From Candidatus Tayloriibacteriota bacterium (lineage in GTDB: Bacteria; Patescibacteriota; Minisyncoccia; Phycocordibacterales; PALSA-1337), in the NCBI GenBank assembly GCA_016215455.1, contig JACRJP010000003.1, positions 132,657 through 190,626 of the forward strand: 57,970 nucleotides of DNA, in the 5' to 3' direction. The translations under genes and the position numbers were made by a program. This document shows positions 11,230 to 22,083 of this stretch, one piece after another; the first letter of the stretch is position 1, and each line of letters starts with the position of its first letter. Below the pieces are notes generated by a model. That model did no database searches and was not told where the DNA came from. It saw only the letters and a program-made list of their open reading frames with translations.

Positions 11230-11556
11230 TTAATTGATAACTGCAATGATCTCACTTTCTCGTACTATAGAATATTCCTGGCCATCAAATTTAACAGTAT
11301 CGCCCCATGAATAGAGAACTGTATCCCCCACTTTCACACTCAAAGGAATAAGCTTTCCATCTTCGTAGCGACCTGGACCAACAGCTATAATTTCTCCCTT
11401 TTTAGCACCTTTATCATCACTCACATTCACTGGAATAATAAAACCTGAAGCAGTAGTATGTTCACCCGCTTTAATAATAGACTCTTTTATAAGAACTCTA
11501 TCGTGAAGCGGCTGAATACCAGCTTTTTTTTCTTTTATTGTGATTTTGTTCTTCAT
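11230..11556 (-). CDS. groS: Co-chaperonin GroES
   Basis: 108 aa from the ATG at 11556 (MKNKITIKEKKAGIQPLHDRVLIKE..GEIIAVGPG..GDTVLY). The track's longer form adds an atypical 34-aa extension. Confidence 0.95.
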   Translation of the reverse strand: MKNKITIKEKKAGIQPLHDRVLIKESIIKAGEHTTASGFIIPVNVSDDKGAKKGEIIAVGPGRYEDGKLIPLSVKVGDTVLYSWGDTVKFDGQEYSIVRESEIIAVIN

Positions 11557-11565
11557 AATACGCGT

Positions 11566-11593
11566 AGTATAAAATACTGTACGGCAGATGCAA
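11566..11593 (-). promoter_or_regulatory. Candidate groES promoter with -10 box 9 nt from the ATG
   Basis: Minus strand reads TTGCAT (rc 11588-11593) - 16 nt - TATACT (rc 11566-11571) - ACGCGTATT - ATG. Confidence 0.4.
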
Positions 11594-11657
11594 GGATATT
11601 CTAAAGCTCTAATAAAGTATTTGCAGCCGAAGCCAAGATATGCTAACCTAATAGCCA

Positions 11658-11891
11658 ATGAACGCTATCGTATCAGCACTACCATACCTACAAGTCATAT
11701 TAGCGGTCCTTTTGGCCGTTTCTATACTTCTTCAGCGAACAGGCGCACAAATGGGTGGCGCATTCGGAGGTAGCGACAATTTCAGCTCTGCATTTCATAC
11801 CCGACGAGGTTTTGAAAAGACACTTTTCATCACAAGTATTGTTATTGCAGTGCTATTTGTTGTTGCGGCCCTTGCATCTTTGGTATACTAA
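11658..11891 (+). CDS. secG: Preprotein translocase subunit SecG
   Basis: 77 aa with two TM helices. LLQRTGAQMGGAFGGS..HTRRGFEKTL is the SecG signature. Confidence 0.85.
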   Translation: MNAIVSALPYLQVILAVLLAVSILLQRTGAQMGGAFGGSDNFSSAFHTRRGFEKTLFITSIVIAVLFVVAALASLVY

Positions 11892-11939
11892 GCAAACTAC
11901 GTTAGGTTTCATACTATAACTCCGTTAATCGGATATATC

Positions 11940-13706
11940 GTGAACGACATAATTCCTCCAGGTCAAAAAGAAATTCGTATTCCGGGCAGTAATAAGCTCA
12001 CGCGGATTATTAAAAGTTTCGGCGCTACCGAAAAGTTTTTATTCGGTGTTTTATCATTACTTGCTGGAATCACAGCTCTCTATATGCTATGGAATATCAA
12101 CCAATCATTCATGGTTCCTGTTCCAGCTCGTGGAGGTGAACACATTGAGGGTGTTGTTGGTTTCCCTCGTTTTATTAATCCGATCCTTGCCCTTACAGAT
12201 ACTGATCGAGACCTTACCAACCTCATCTATTCAGGTCTCATGAAATACGAAAATGGAAAAATCGTACCTGACCTCGCCCGAAGTTACACTATTTCTGAAG
12301 ACGGATTAGTATACACATTTACCCTCAAGGATACGGTAAAATTTCATGACGGAACTTCAGTAACTTCAGATGATATCGAATTTACTATTCTAAAAGCTCA
12401 AGACTCTACACTTAAGAGTCCTCGACGAGCTGCTTGGGAAGGTGTTGTTGTTGAAAAAGTTGATGCACGTCAAATCAAGTTTATTTTAAAGAAACCATAT
12501 ACACCATTTCTTGATAACACCACAATTGGTATTCTCCCAAAACATATTTGGAAGAATGTTGAAGGAAGTGATCAATTCACTTTCAGTCAATTTAATATTG
12601 AACCAATAGGATCAGGACCTTATAAAATTGAGGATATTACTCGAGACAATGGAGGACTTCCTCAATACTATACATTGGTACCGTATTCTAAATATGCAAC
12701 AAACGCTCCATATATAAGTACAATCACGGTACATTTTTATCCAAATGAAAAAACCCTCATCGAGGCACTTACTCGAGGTGATATTCAGGCGATTCATGGA
12801 ATTTCTCCAAAAGAAGCAGCAACTATCAGTGAAGAACAGACAAATAGTGTTGTAGAACGAAGTCCTCTTCCTCGTATATTCGGAGTATTTTTTAATCAAA
12901 ACCAAGCACCTGTTCTGGCTAACAAAGAAGTGCGTCAGGCTCTCAATATCGCAGTTGACCGTGAAGCGATTGTGCAAGAAGTACTTAATGGCTATGGAAT
13001 CGCAATTGACAGTCCTCTTCCATCTTCGCTTGCAACCCCACGTCAAGATTCTGTGACGAGTTCATCAACCGAACGTATAGCAGAAGCTCGAGCAATCCTA
13101 GAGAAAGCTGGTTGGACTCTTGATAGTAACGGTATCTACGTAAAAAAGAGTAAGACGGCTACACAGGTACTATCATTTTCAATATCAACAACCAATGCAC
13201 CCGAACTCAAACGTGCTGCAGAGCTTGTACAAGAAACATGGAAAAAGGTTGGGGCAGATGTAACTGTACGAGTTTTTGAATCAGGTGATCTATCACAAAA
13301 TATTATCCGACCACGAAAGTTTGATGCTCTTCTTTTTGGAGAAGTAATTGGTCGTGATCTTGATCTCTACGGTTTCTGGCATTCATCACAACGTAACGGT
13401 ACAGGTCTCAATATCGCAATGTATATCAACGCAAAAGCAGATAAACTTCTCGAAGATGCACGAATTGAAAATGATGAGAAAGCTCGTATTGCGAAATACC
13501 ACGAATTTGAAAGTATTATCCGCGATGACATTCCTGCGGTATTCCTTTATTCCCCTGAATTTATTTACATCACACCCAAGACTCTCAAGGGAGTGGCGAT
13601 ACAGGACATTACAATGGCAGCAGACCGATGGAATAACGTTCGCAACTGGTATATCAGAACAGATAATGTATGGAAGATATTCGTAGCAGATACCACAACA
13701 CAGTAA
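11940..13706 (+). CDS. ABC transporter substrate-binding protein, family 5 (peptide/nickel type), N-terminally anchored
   Basis: 588 aa with a GTG start and an N-terminal TM helix. SBP_bac_5-like layout (LIYSGLMKY..VKFHDGT..T.DD). No permease genes adjacent. Confidence 0.8.
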   Translation: MNDIIPPGQKEIRIPGSNKLTRIIKSFGATEKFLFGVLSLLAGITALYMLWNINQSFMVPVPARGGEHIEGVVGFPRFINPILALTDTDRDLTNLIYSGLMKYENGKIVPDLARSYTISEDGLVYTFTLKDTVKFHDGTSVTSDDIEFTILKAQDSTLKSPRRAAWEGVVVEKVDARQIKFILKKPYTPFLDNTTIGILPKHIWKNVEGSDQFTFSQFNIEPIGSGPYKIEDITRDNGGLPQYYTLVPYSKYATNAPYISTITVHFYPNEKTLIEALTRGDIQAIHGISPKEAATISEEQTNSVVERSPLPRIFGVFFNQNQAPVLANKEVRQALNIAVDREAIVQEVLNGYGIAIDSPLPSSLATPRQDSVTSSSTERIAEARAILEKAGWTLDSNGIYVKKSKTATQVLSFSISTTNAPELKRAAELVQETWKKVGADVTVRVFESGDLSQNIIRPRKFDALLFGEVIGRDLDLYGFWHSSQRNGTGLNIAMYINAKADKLLEDARIENDEKARIAKYHEFESIIRDDIPAVFLYSPEFIYITPKTLKGVAIQDITMAADRWNNVRNWYIRTDNVWKIFVADTTTQ

Positions 13707-13735
13707 ATTAAACAGAATTACACAATAAAAATATT

Positions 13736-15679
13736 ATGAACCCACACGACACAAAATTAGATGAAAAAATAGGACAACTGACCGCCGGAGCACAAGCCCC
13801 GAGTGTTCCATCGAACACAGCAACAGCAGATCGTCCTGATCGAACACACCGACCAGGTGGCCGAGGACGTCCACAAGGAGGTCAACATGGTGGTGGTCGC
13901 CGACAAATGCGACGACGCCCAGGTGGACCAATACAACACCGCACATCATCACCTGATGATAATCAGCACAATAGAAAACAAGAAGATACTATTCCAGCTC
14001 TCGCACCGGATGCTATTCGTATTATTCCTCTCGGTGGTGTAGAAGAAATCGGAAAGAACATGACTGCAATCGAGTACAAGAACGACATTGTCGTAATTGA
14101 TATCGGTTTCCAATTCAAAGATGAAAATACTCCTGGTATCGACTACATTCTTCCAAATACAAAATATCTCGAGGAACGAAAAGAGAAAGTTCGTGCAGTT
14201 ATCATCACTCACGGTCACCTTGATCACATTGGAGGTATTCCATATGTAATGCCTCGTATTGGTAACCCACCTCTCTATACCCGTAACCTCACCTCAGTTA
14301 TGGTGAAGAAGCGCCAGGAAGAATTCCCTCATGAACCAGCTCTCGACATCAAGATTGTTGAGAAAGACGAAACAATTCGTATTGGAGACCTTCGTATTAA
14401 ATTCTTCGCGGTAACACATACCATTCCTGATGCTATGGGAGTTATTGTTGAAACACCTGTTGGATCAATCGTTCACACTGGTGACCTTAAACTTGATCAC
14501 GATAATGGTATCCCTACTGATGAGGAAGAGAAAGAATACGAAAAATTCAAGAAAGAAAAGGTACTCCTTCTCATGGCCGACTCAACCAACGTTGAAAACC
14601 CAGGCTTTTCTATTCCAGAAAAAACTGTTCACAAGAATATCGAAGAAATCATTCGAACTGTTAAAGGCCGTCTCATTATCGCAACATTCGCATCACTTCT
14701 CGAACGAATGCTCAAGATTGTTGAGTACGCAGAGAAATACAACAAGAAAGTTGTTGTAGAAGGACGCTCAATGAAAACAAACATTGAGATCTGTATGAAA
14801 CTTGGTCTCTTGAAGCCGAAGAAAGATACTCTCATTACTGTAGAAGAAATCGACAACTTCCCTCCTGAACGAGTTATTATTCTCGCAACAGGTGCTCAAG
14901 GAGATGAATTTGCAGCTATGATGCGAATGTCGAACAAGTCACATAAGTACATTAAGATCACAAAGCGTGATACCGTTCTTCTTTCTTCATCTATTGTTCC
15001 TGGTAACGAACGATCGGTTCAGAAGCTCAAAGACAACCTTTCTCGACAAGGTGCATACATCATCCACTACAAGATTGCTGATGTTCACTCATCAGGACAT
15101 GCTAACCGTGATGAGACAGCATGGATTCATAAGAAAATTAATCCAAAATTCTTCATGCCAGTTCACGGTTACCACTACATGCTCCGTGTGCACGGTGAAA
15201 TTGCAAAAGAAACTAATGGACTCACTGAAGATCAGGTTATTATTCCTGATAACGGTTCTGTCATTGAAATTCAAGAAGGTGGTACAAAGATTGTTAAACT
15301 CAAAGAAAAAGCTCCATCAGGAATGGTCATGGTTGATGGTTTCTCAGTTGGAGACGTTCAAGAAGTTGTTATCCGTGATCGACAAATGCTCGCTCAGGAT
15401 GGAATCTTCATTGTTTTTGCAATCGTAAATGCCCAGACAGGTAAACTTAAGAAGTCACCTGATATTATCTCTCGAGGCTTCGTATACCTTCGTGAATCAC
15501 AGGAACTCCTTCATGGTGCACGTATTGTCATTAAGAACACTATTGAGAATTCAACAAAGGGTATGAATCCAATCAACATGGATTATGTTAAGGCAAACAT
15601 CACTGACGAAGTAAGTAAGTATCTCTTCCAAAAGACAGCAAAACGTCCGATTGTTATCCCCGTGCTTTTGACGATATAA
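13736..15679 (+). CDS. rnj: Ribonuclease J (metallo-beta-lactamase/beta-CASP) with Arg/Gly-rich N-terminal extension
   Basis: IRIIPLGGVEEIGKNM..ITHGHLDHIGG..HSSGHA. Residues 1 to about 93 are low-complexity (GGRGRPQGGQHGGGRRQMRRRPGG). Confidence 0.9.
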   Translation: MNPHDTKLDEKIGQLTAGAQAPSVPSNTATADRPDRTHRPGGRGRPQGGQHGGGRRQMRRRPGGPIQHRTSSPDDNQHNRKQEDTIPALAPDAIRIIPLGGVEEIGKNMTAIEYKNDIVVIDIGFQFKDENTPGIDYILPNTKYLEERKEKVRAVIITHGHLDHIGGIPYVMPRIGNPPLYTRNLTSVMVKKRQEEFPHEPALDIKIVEKDETIRIGDLRIKFFAVTHTIPDAMGVIVETPVGSIVHTGDLKLDHDNGIPTDEEEKEYEKFKKEKVLLLMADSTNVENPGFSIPEKTVHKNIEEIIRTVKGRLIIATFASLLERMLKIVEYAEKYNKKVVVEGRSMKTNIEICMKLGLLKPKKDTLITVEEIDNFPPERVIILATGAQGDEFAAMMRMSNKSHKYIKITKRDTVLLSSSIVPGNERSVQKLKDNLSRQGAYIIHYKIADVHSSGHANRDETAWIHKKINPKFFMPVHGYHYMLRVHGEIAKETNGLTEDQVIIPDNGSVIEIQEGGTKIVKLKEKAPSGMVMVDGFSVGDVQEVVIRDRQMLAQDGIFIVFAIVNAQTGKLKKSPDIISRGFVYLRESQELLHGARIVIKNTIENSTKGMNPINMDYVKANITDEVSKYLFQKTAKRPIVIPVLLTI

Positions 15680-15731
15680 ACACGTCGAGAGAGTCTCAAA
15701 AAATGATGTGCTATAATTTCATACACCCCGT

Positions 15732-16907
15732 ATGAAACATCATGTTGCGCATCTAGGCCATCATCACAAACTGTACACACTCTGCTTTATTGGTTTTCTC
15801 ATTACCATAAGCCAGACGTTGCCGACATACATCAATTCGAGTTTCCTCAATACATTCACGAACGAACAAACAGTTGGTCTCATCTACAGCATCGTATCCC
15901 TCTCTACGATTGTGAGTTTTCTGCTCGTACACTACGTACTAAAGAGATTTGGTCTCTATCGAGCAACAGTTGTATTCTCACTGCTCCAATTCATATGTAT
16001 CTTCGGCATCATCAATAGCGGAAGTCTTGCTATTGTAGGTCCGCTTTTTGTGTGTCTACTCGTACTCATGAATCTCACATCGTTCAACCTCGATATCTTC
16101 CTTGAGGCAGACTCTGATACGAAGCATACTGGTAGTATTCGAGGTCTCTACATGACTGTCGTGAATATTGGATGGCTCCTCACTCCAATGTTTGCTGGAG
16201 CATTGATTGAAGATGGTGGCTACGCAAAAATTTTCACTGTGTCAGCAATGTTTCTACTTCCGTTTATATACTTGGTGAATAAAGGGTTCGCTCATTTCAA
16301 AGACCCTGTATATTCAAAACTATCAATTCGTCAGTCACTCAACGCTACGTTTGCTAATAAAGACCTTCGTAATCTTTTTCTTGCAAACATTACCCTTCAA
16401 ACATTCTATGCGTGGATGATTGTGTACAGTCCTATCTATCTCAACAAATATCTCCACTATGGTTGGGATGATATTGGTATCATTTTTACCATCATGCTCT
16501 TGCCATTCGTGCTCGTAGAATATCCTCTTGGTAAACTATCTGATCGAAAATGGGGTGAAAAAGAACTTATGTGTGCAGGTTTCATACTTCTCAGTATCTC
16601 AACAATGTGTCTTACATTCCTTGATCACACTTCAATCATTTGGTGGGCTATTATGCTATTCATCACTCGTATCGGAGCGGCAATGGCTGAGATTATGATC
16701 GAAACGTATTTCTTCAAAAAAGTACAGGAAAAAGATTCAAACCTCCTTGGTATATTCCGCATCACTCGTCCTATGTCGTACTTCATAGCACCAGCAATTA
16801 CAGGTATCGGACTCATGTTTGTTGAGTATCAACACCTTTTTATCATCCTTGGAGTATTTACACTGCTCGGCGCATTCTTTAGTACCCGAATTACCGACAC
16901 CAACTAA
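15732..16907 (+). CDS. MFS-type transporter
   Basis: 391 aa with about 12 TM helices in a 6+6 layout. Substrate unknown. Confidence 0.7.
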   Translation: MKHHVAHLGHHHKLYTLCFIGFLITISQTLPTYINSSFLNTFTNEQTVGLIYSIVSLSTIVSFLLVHYVLKRFGLYRATVVFSLLQFICIFGIINSGSLAIVGPLFVCLLVLMNLTSFNLDIFLEADSDTKHTGSIRGLYMTVVNIGWLLTPMFAGALIEDGGYAKIFTVSAMFLLPFIYLVNKGFAHFKDPVYSKLSIRQSLNATFANKDLRNLFLANITLQTFYAWMIVYSPIYLNKYLHYGWDDIGIIFTIMLLPFVLVEYPLGKLSDRKWGEKELMCAGFILLSISTMCLTFLDHTSIIWWAIMLFITRIGAAMAEIMIETYFFKKVQEKDSNLLGIFRITRPMSYFIAPAITGIGLMFVEYQHLFIILGVFTLLGAFFSTRITDTN

Positions 16908-17146
16908 AGCACACCTTTTTGTTTGAGAAATTCTGTAACTTGTTCACGATCTGAATCAGCAATAATCTGACCATCGATATCAAGAGTTGGAGTTTTTGTT
17001 TGACCTGATTTCTGAACAAGTTCATCAAAATAATTTTTATTACCAAGAACTTCGCGTTCTTCAAATTCAATCTTGTGTTCAGCAAATAATTCAAGGACTC
17101 CTTTGCACCATGGACACCCAGTTTTTGTGTAGAGAATTATGTTCAT
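16904..17146 (-). CDS. Glutaredoxin-like protein (CPWC active site)
   Basis: 80 aa from the ATG at 17146: MNIILYTKTGCPWCKGVLELF..TPTLDIDGQII. The track's longer form starts in AT-rich upstream sequence. Confidence 0.8.
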   Translation of the reverse strand: MNIILYTKTGCPWCKGVLELFAEHKIEFEEREVLGNKNYFDELVQKSGQTKTPTLDIDGQIIADSDREQVTEFLKQKGVL

Positions 17147-17185
17147 GTAATAATTGTAGCATACAGAAACTATGTTACTGCTACA

Positions 17186-17214
17186 TTGACATAAGTGAAT
17201 ATGCATGATAAAAA
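17186..17214 (+). promoter_or_regulatory. Sigma70-type promoter of orphan C
   Basis: TTGACA (17186-17191) - 17 nt - TAAAAT (17209-17214), 42 nt before the ATG at 17257. Confidence 0.45.
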
Positions 17215-17256
17215 TAAAAACAGACACATACTTAAAAATCAGAACTTTTACGTCTC

Positions 17257-17937
17257 ATGGGTGAACTCAACATGCTCGAAGGTGTCCGTTGTGCACTTTT
17301 CCAAGTAGCAGGATACTCGGTCTACCCTATTCGCGAGATCAAAACCCCAAGAAGGAGTGAAACTCCATTCGAGGTCTGGTGTGGCAAAGGGTTAGTGGCT
17401 CGTTCACAATCTCACGCTAACCAAGACAATTGTGCAGATGCACTCGAGGATCTCTTCCTCACCACATCAACACCCGAACGTCCCCCACCTCACGATTCAC
17501 TCGTCATTGGACGGATGAAGGAGAGCGAGGTCCGGCCAGGAAATACCAGCAACTTCCATTTAGCTGACTGGTTTGGCATTGACCGCCAAGGTCAACGATT
17601 CTTGGAAATGCTTTGCGGAAGAACACGCTACATGGAACAAATGTGGCAAGTTCTCACCATCGATGATGTTGATGAGCCGTGGCTGAGGTTCTTCTACGTG
17701 TTACGGGCAGAACTCCTGATTCGTGAAAACATTGATTTCTTTCTAGATCTTGAACAAGACCCTGCACGTGCAGCAGATTACGGCTGCGATAACGTGAGGC
17801 AGTTCGTTGAGGAGCTCACCGGGAACATTGGCGCTCAAGGGCTTCTACATCGCTATCTCCTGGCATCACTCGGAAGAAAGATTGTTTCATTTCCAGCACA
17901 AAACGGTGATTCGCACCAACAAGAAATGGCAGGCTAG
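17257..17937 (+). CDS. Hypothetical protein, G+C-rich orphan C
   Basis: 226-aa ORF with no recognisable motif. Codon choice (CTC, CGC, GGC, GAG) differs from neighbours. It has its own promoter and terminator. Confidence 0.55.
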   Translation: MGELNMLEGVRCALFQVAGYSVYPIREIKTPRRSETPFEVWCGKGLVARSQSHANQDNCADALEDLFLTTSTPERPPPHDSLVIGRMKESEVRPGNTSNFHLADWFGIDRQGQRFLEMLCGRTRYMEQMWQVLTIDDVDEPWLRFFYVLRAELLIRENIDFFLDLEQDPARAADYGCDNVRQFVEELTGNIGAQGLLHRYLLASLGRKIVSFPAQNGDSHQQEMAG

Positions 17938-17938
17938 T

Positions 17939-17958
17939 CGAGAATTTTCTCGCTTTTT
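17939..17958 (+). terminator. Rho-independent terminator of orphan C
   Basis: CGAGA-ATTT-TCTCG followed by CTTTTT, starting 2 nt after the TAG stop. Short 5-bp stem. Confidence 0.5.
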
Positions 17959-18760
17959 ATTTAATCTTCGTTGCTTCAAGAAGTAAGAACATTGGAATTT
18001 CTTTTCGTGTACGATTTTCTTCTTCAGCACGAGGACCTGGTTTGCTCATCTTATGAGAAATCCATTCTTCAATATGCGTAATACCGAAACCAGCCTTACC
18101 AAGAAGTTTTGCATATACCTGAAGAGGTCGATGAAATGAAACGGTGTGTTCTTTATTCGACAATTCTTTTGTTCCTGGATTCATGTCGATCGTTGATCGA
18201 GACTCAGTCATATACGCATCAATACGACGATACTGAGCCTTCCCAACTTTATCCCATTCCCACGAAGATTGTTTTGGAATACGGAAGGCTGGATGATTAA
18301 GTACGATATAGAAGATTCCTCCAGGTTTGAGTACACGAGAGACTTCGGCACAAACAGCTGAAAGGTTTTCAATATTCTGAAGAGCGAGAATAATAGTGAC
18401 GGCATCCAACGTGCCTGATTGTACAAAAGATACATCATGTGCGGGTGCAATATGGTACGCACTCGGAACAGGACTCTGTTTTTGAGCAAGAGTGATGAGT
18501 GGGGCCGCGATATCAGACGCCACCACCGTCGCGCCTGCTTTCACCCACTCCCGTGTAAAAAAACCTTGACCGCACGCAAGATCAAGAACTGCCATTCCCT
18601 TCTTTGGAGCCAAACGTCGTGTGAGATTCGGTAAAATTACCTGAGCTTGGTACGAATCACCATCAGTTGAGAGAAGGTCATCATACCACTCGGCAACTTT
18701 CCCCCATGAGGTATCTTTATTACCTCCACCTGCTGTTATATCTGAGTTTTTATTCTGCAT
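17957..18760 (-). CDS. Class I SAM-dependent methyltransferase
   Basis: VLDLACGQGFFT (motif I) and LKPGGIFYIV. I preferred the ATG at 18760 over the track's TTG at 18787. Confidence 0.8.
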   Translation of the reverse strand: MQNKNSDITAGGGNKDTSWGKVAEWYDDLLSTDGDSYQAQVILPNLTRRLAPKKGMAVLDLACGQGFFTREWVKAGATVVASDIAAPLITLAQKQSPVPSAYHIAPAHDVSFVQSGTLDAVTIILALQNIENLSAVCAEVSRVLKPGGIFYIVLNHPAFRIPKQSSWEWDKVGKAQYRRIDAYMTESRSTIDMNPGTKELSNKEHTVSFHRPLQVYAKLLGKAGFGITHIEEWISHKMSKPGPRAEEENRTRKEIPMFLLLEATKIK

Positions 18761-18851
18761 AGCATCACAATATCGTACTTCATACAATTTGTCATTTTTC
18801 TACGGTTCGTTATAATTATCCCGCTTATTTCAGTATTTATACATAATTTAG

Positions 18852-20153
<1,302 letters not shown>

Positions 20154-20170
20154 TAAATCTCAAACAAACA

Positions 20171-20195
20171 AAAAGCCCCAGTAATGGGGCTTTTT
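20171..20195. terminator. Bidirectional rho-independent terminator after eno
   Basis: AAAA-GCCCCA-GTAA-TGGGGC-TTTTT. A-rich on the left, so it is also usable from the minus strand. Confidence 0.8.
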
Positions 20196-20450
20196 GTTCT
20201 TCAGCTACTTAGTTGCTGGTGCAACTGGTGCTGCTGGCTTAGCTGCTGGTTTTACATCTGACATAGTGTATGTGTGACTTGGCGTTAGAATAAATACCTC
20301 ATCACGTGTGGATAGTATACCCTCGCCTGCAAGTCCTTTTTGCTTCTGTCATAACCCTTCTCAAGTCGTCAAAACCGTGATCCAAAATGAGGCTCTATTC
20401 TGGCCCACTGCAATCATCAAAAAACTGTGGTCTGATATGGCGACATATCA

Positions 20451-20478
20451 TAGACAGGTGTCAATCTTCTGATAAAAT
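20451..20478 (+). promoter_or_regulatory. Extended -10 promoter of gpmI, placed for a leaderless transcript
   Basis: TAGACA (20451-20456) - 16 nt (ending TGa) - TAAAAT (20473-20478), then 7 nt and the ATG at 20486. Confidence 0.45.
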
Positions 20479-20485
20479 ACTGCTC

Positions 20486-22012
20486 ATGACCCACACAAAT
20501 TCTGGTGCAAAAGTATCACAAGCCGTTCTCATTGTCCTCGATGGTTGGGGCCATCGTGAAGACACTACACACAATGCCATCAAAGCAGCAAAAACTCCGG
20601 TATTTAATAAGCTTTGGGCAACATATCCTCATACTCTCCTTGATGCATCAGGACTCGCTGTTGGACTTCCTGAAGGACAAATGGGTAATAGTGAAATTGG
20701 TCATCAAACAATTGGTGCAGGTAAAGTAATTGATACTGATCTTGTACGAATTGATAAAGCTATCGAAACAGGAGAATTCGCAAATAATCCTGCCCTTCTC
20801 GCACTCTTTGAGCATGTCAAAAAGAACAACTCTACCCTTCACGTCCAAGGACTTTTGAGTGACGGTGGTGTCCATAGTCACCAGAAACATCTCTATGCTT
20901 TCCTCAAAGCAGCAAAAGCTCATAATGTTACCAATATTGCTATTCACATTTTTACTGATGGTCGTGACACAGCTCCACAAAGTGCATCAAAATATATTAA
21001 AGAACTCGAAGATGTTCTCGTGGAAATTGGTGTTGGTAAAATTGCTTCAGTATCAGGTCGCTACTATGCCATGGACCGCGATAATAACTGGGATCGTCTT
21101 GCAAAGACAGAACAAGCTCTTTTTGAATGCAAAGGTAATGTCTGTACAATCAAACCTTCACAATATGTGGATGAACTCTACAAGGAAGGAAAACTCGATG
21201 AACATCTCGAACCAACTGTCTGTCTCGACTATGAAGGCAAAGGGTGTGCAATCACAAACAATGATGCCGTATTCTTCTACAACTTCCGTGCTGACCGAGC
21301 TCGTATGCTGTCAAAGAAACTCATGGAACGACAACAAGCTGATAATATTTGTTTTGGAACACTTACCGAATATGGTTCTGAATTCAAATGTCTCATTGCT
21401 TTCCCTCCTTCAAAGATAGAGACAACTCTCGCAGCAGAAGTCTCACGGGGACACCTCACTCAAGCTCACATTGCAGAAACAGAAAAGTTCCCTCATGCAA
21501 CATATTTCTTGAATGGCGGTAAAGAAACACCTCATGAAGGAGAAAAACATATCCTTCTTGATAGTCGCAAAGACGTTGCTACTCATGATCTTGCACCTAA
21601 AATGCGTGCAGAAGGTATAGCTGACAAAGCGATTGAAGAGATTAATGAGGGTACCAACTTTATCTTCATCAACTTTGCTAACCCTGATATGGTCGGACAC
21701 ACAGCAAATGTACCCGCGATCATAGAGGCGGTTGAAGAGGTTGATCTCCAGCTTGGTCGTGTCCTTACAGCACTTGAACAACGTGGTGGTGTAGCTTTCA
21801 TAACAGCAGATCACGGTAACGCTGAAACAAACATTGATCCTGAAACAGGAAAAAAGCATACTTCACATACACTCAACAAAGTACCCGCAATCCTCACATC
21901 AACAGGATATACACTTCGTGATGGTGGTGGACTTTCAGATATCGCACCAACAATCCTCGCCCTCTTCAATCTTCCTCAGCCACAAGCAATGACAGGAAAG
22001 AGTTTAATTTAA
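20486..22012 (+). CDS. gpmI: 2,3-bisphosphoglycerate-independent phosphoglycerate mutase
   Basis: MTHTNSGAKVSQAVLIVLDGWGHRED..MGNSEIGHQTIGAG..SDGGVHSH..TADHGNAE. The track's ATG at 20387 adds an atypical 33 aa and would contain the promoter. Confidence 0.95.
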   Translation: MTHTNSGAKVSQAVLIVLDGWGHREDTTHNAIKAAKTPVFNKLWATYPHTLLDASGLAVGLPEGQMGNSEIGHQTIGAGKVIDTDLVRIDKAIETGEFANNPALLALFEHVKKNNSTLHVQGLLSDGGVHSHQKHLYAFLKAAKAHNVTNIAIHIFTDGRDTAPQSASKYIKELEDVLVEIGVGKIASVSGRYYAMDRDNNWDRLAKTEQALFECKGNVCTIKPSQYVDELYKEGKLDEHLEPTVCLDYEGKGCAITNNDAVFFYNFRADRARMLSKKLMERQQADNICFGTLTEYGSEFKCLIAFPPSKIETTLAAEVSRGHLTQAHIAETEKFPHATYFLNGGKETPHEGEKHILLDSRKDVATHDLAPKMRAEGIADKAIEEINEGTNFIFINFANPDMVGHTANVPAIIEAVEEVDLQLGRVLTALEQRGGVAFITADHGNAETNIDPETGKKHTSHTLNKVPAILTSTGYTLRDGGGLSDIAPTILALFNLPQPQAMTGKSLI

Positions 22013-22018
22013 TATTGT

Positions 22019-22047
22019 TTGACAACACGAAGTATATACGATACTGT
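22019..22047 (+). promoter_or_regulatory. Promoter-like site before membrane paralogue 1
   Basis: TTGACA (22019-22024) - 17 nt - TACTGT (22042-22047). Confidence 0.35.
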
Positions 22048-22083
22048 TTTTCACAGAAATTCGCACCACACCTCTTCTTCGAT

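Noticed and set aside
11557-11657. CIRCE (TTAGCACTC-N9-GAGTGCTAA) heat-shock operator upstream of groES.
   Set aside because: Only a single TTAGCA half-like word is present. No inverted repeat partner was found.
20387-20485. 33-codon N-terminal extension of gpmI.
   Set aside because: It is not part of the conserved iPGM N terminus and contains the extended -10 promoter. The ATG at 20486 is followed by the usual ..VLIVLDGWG.
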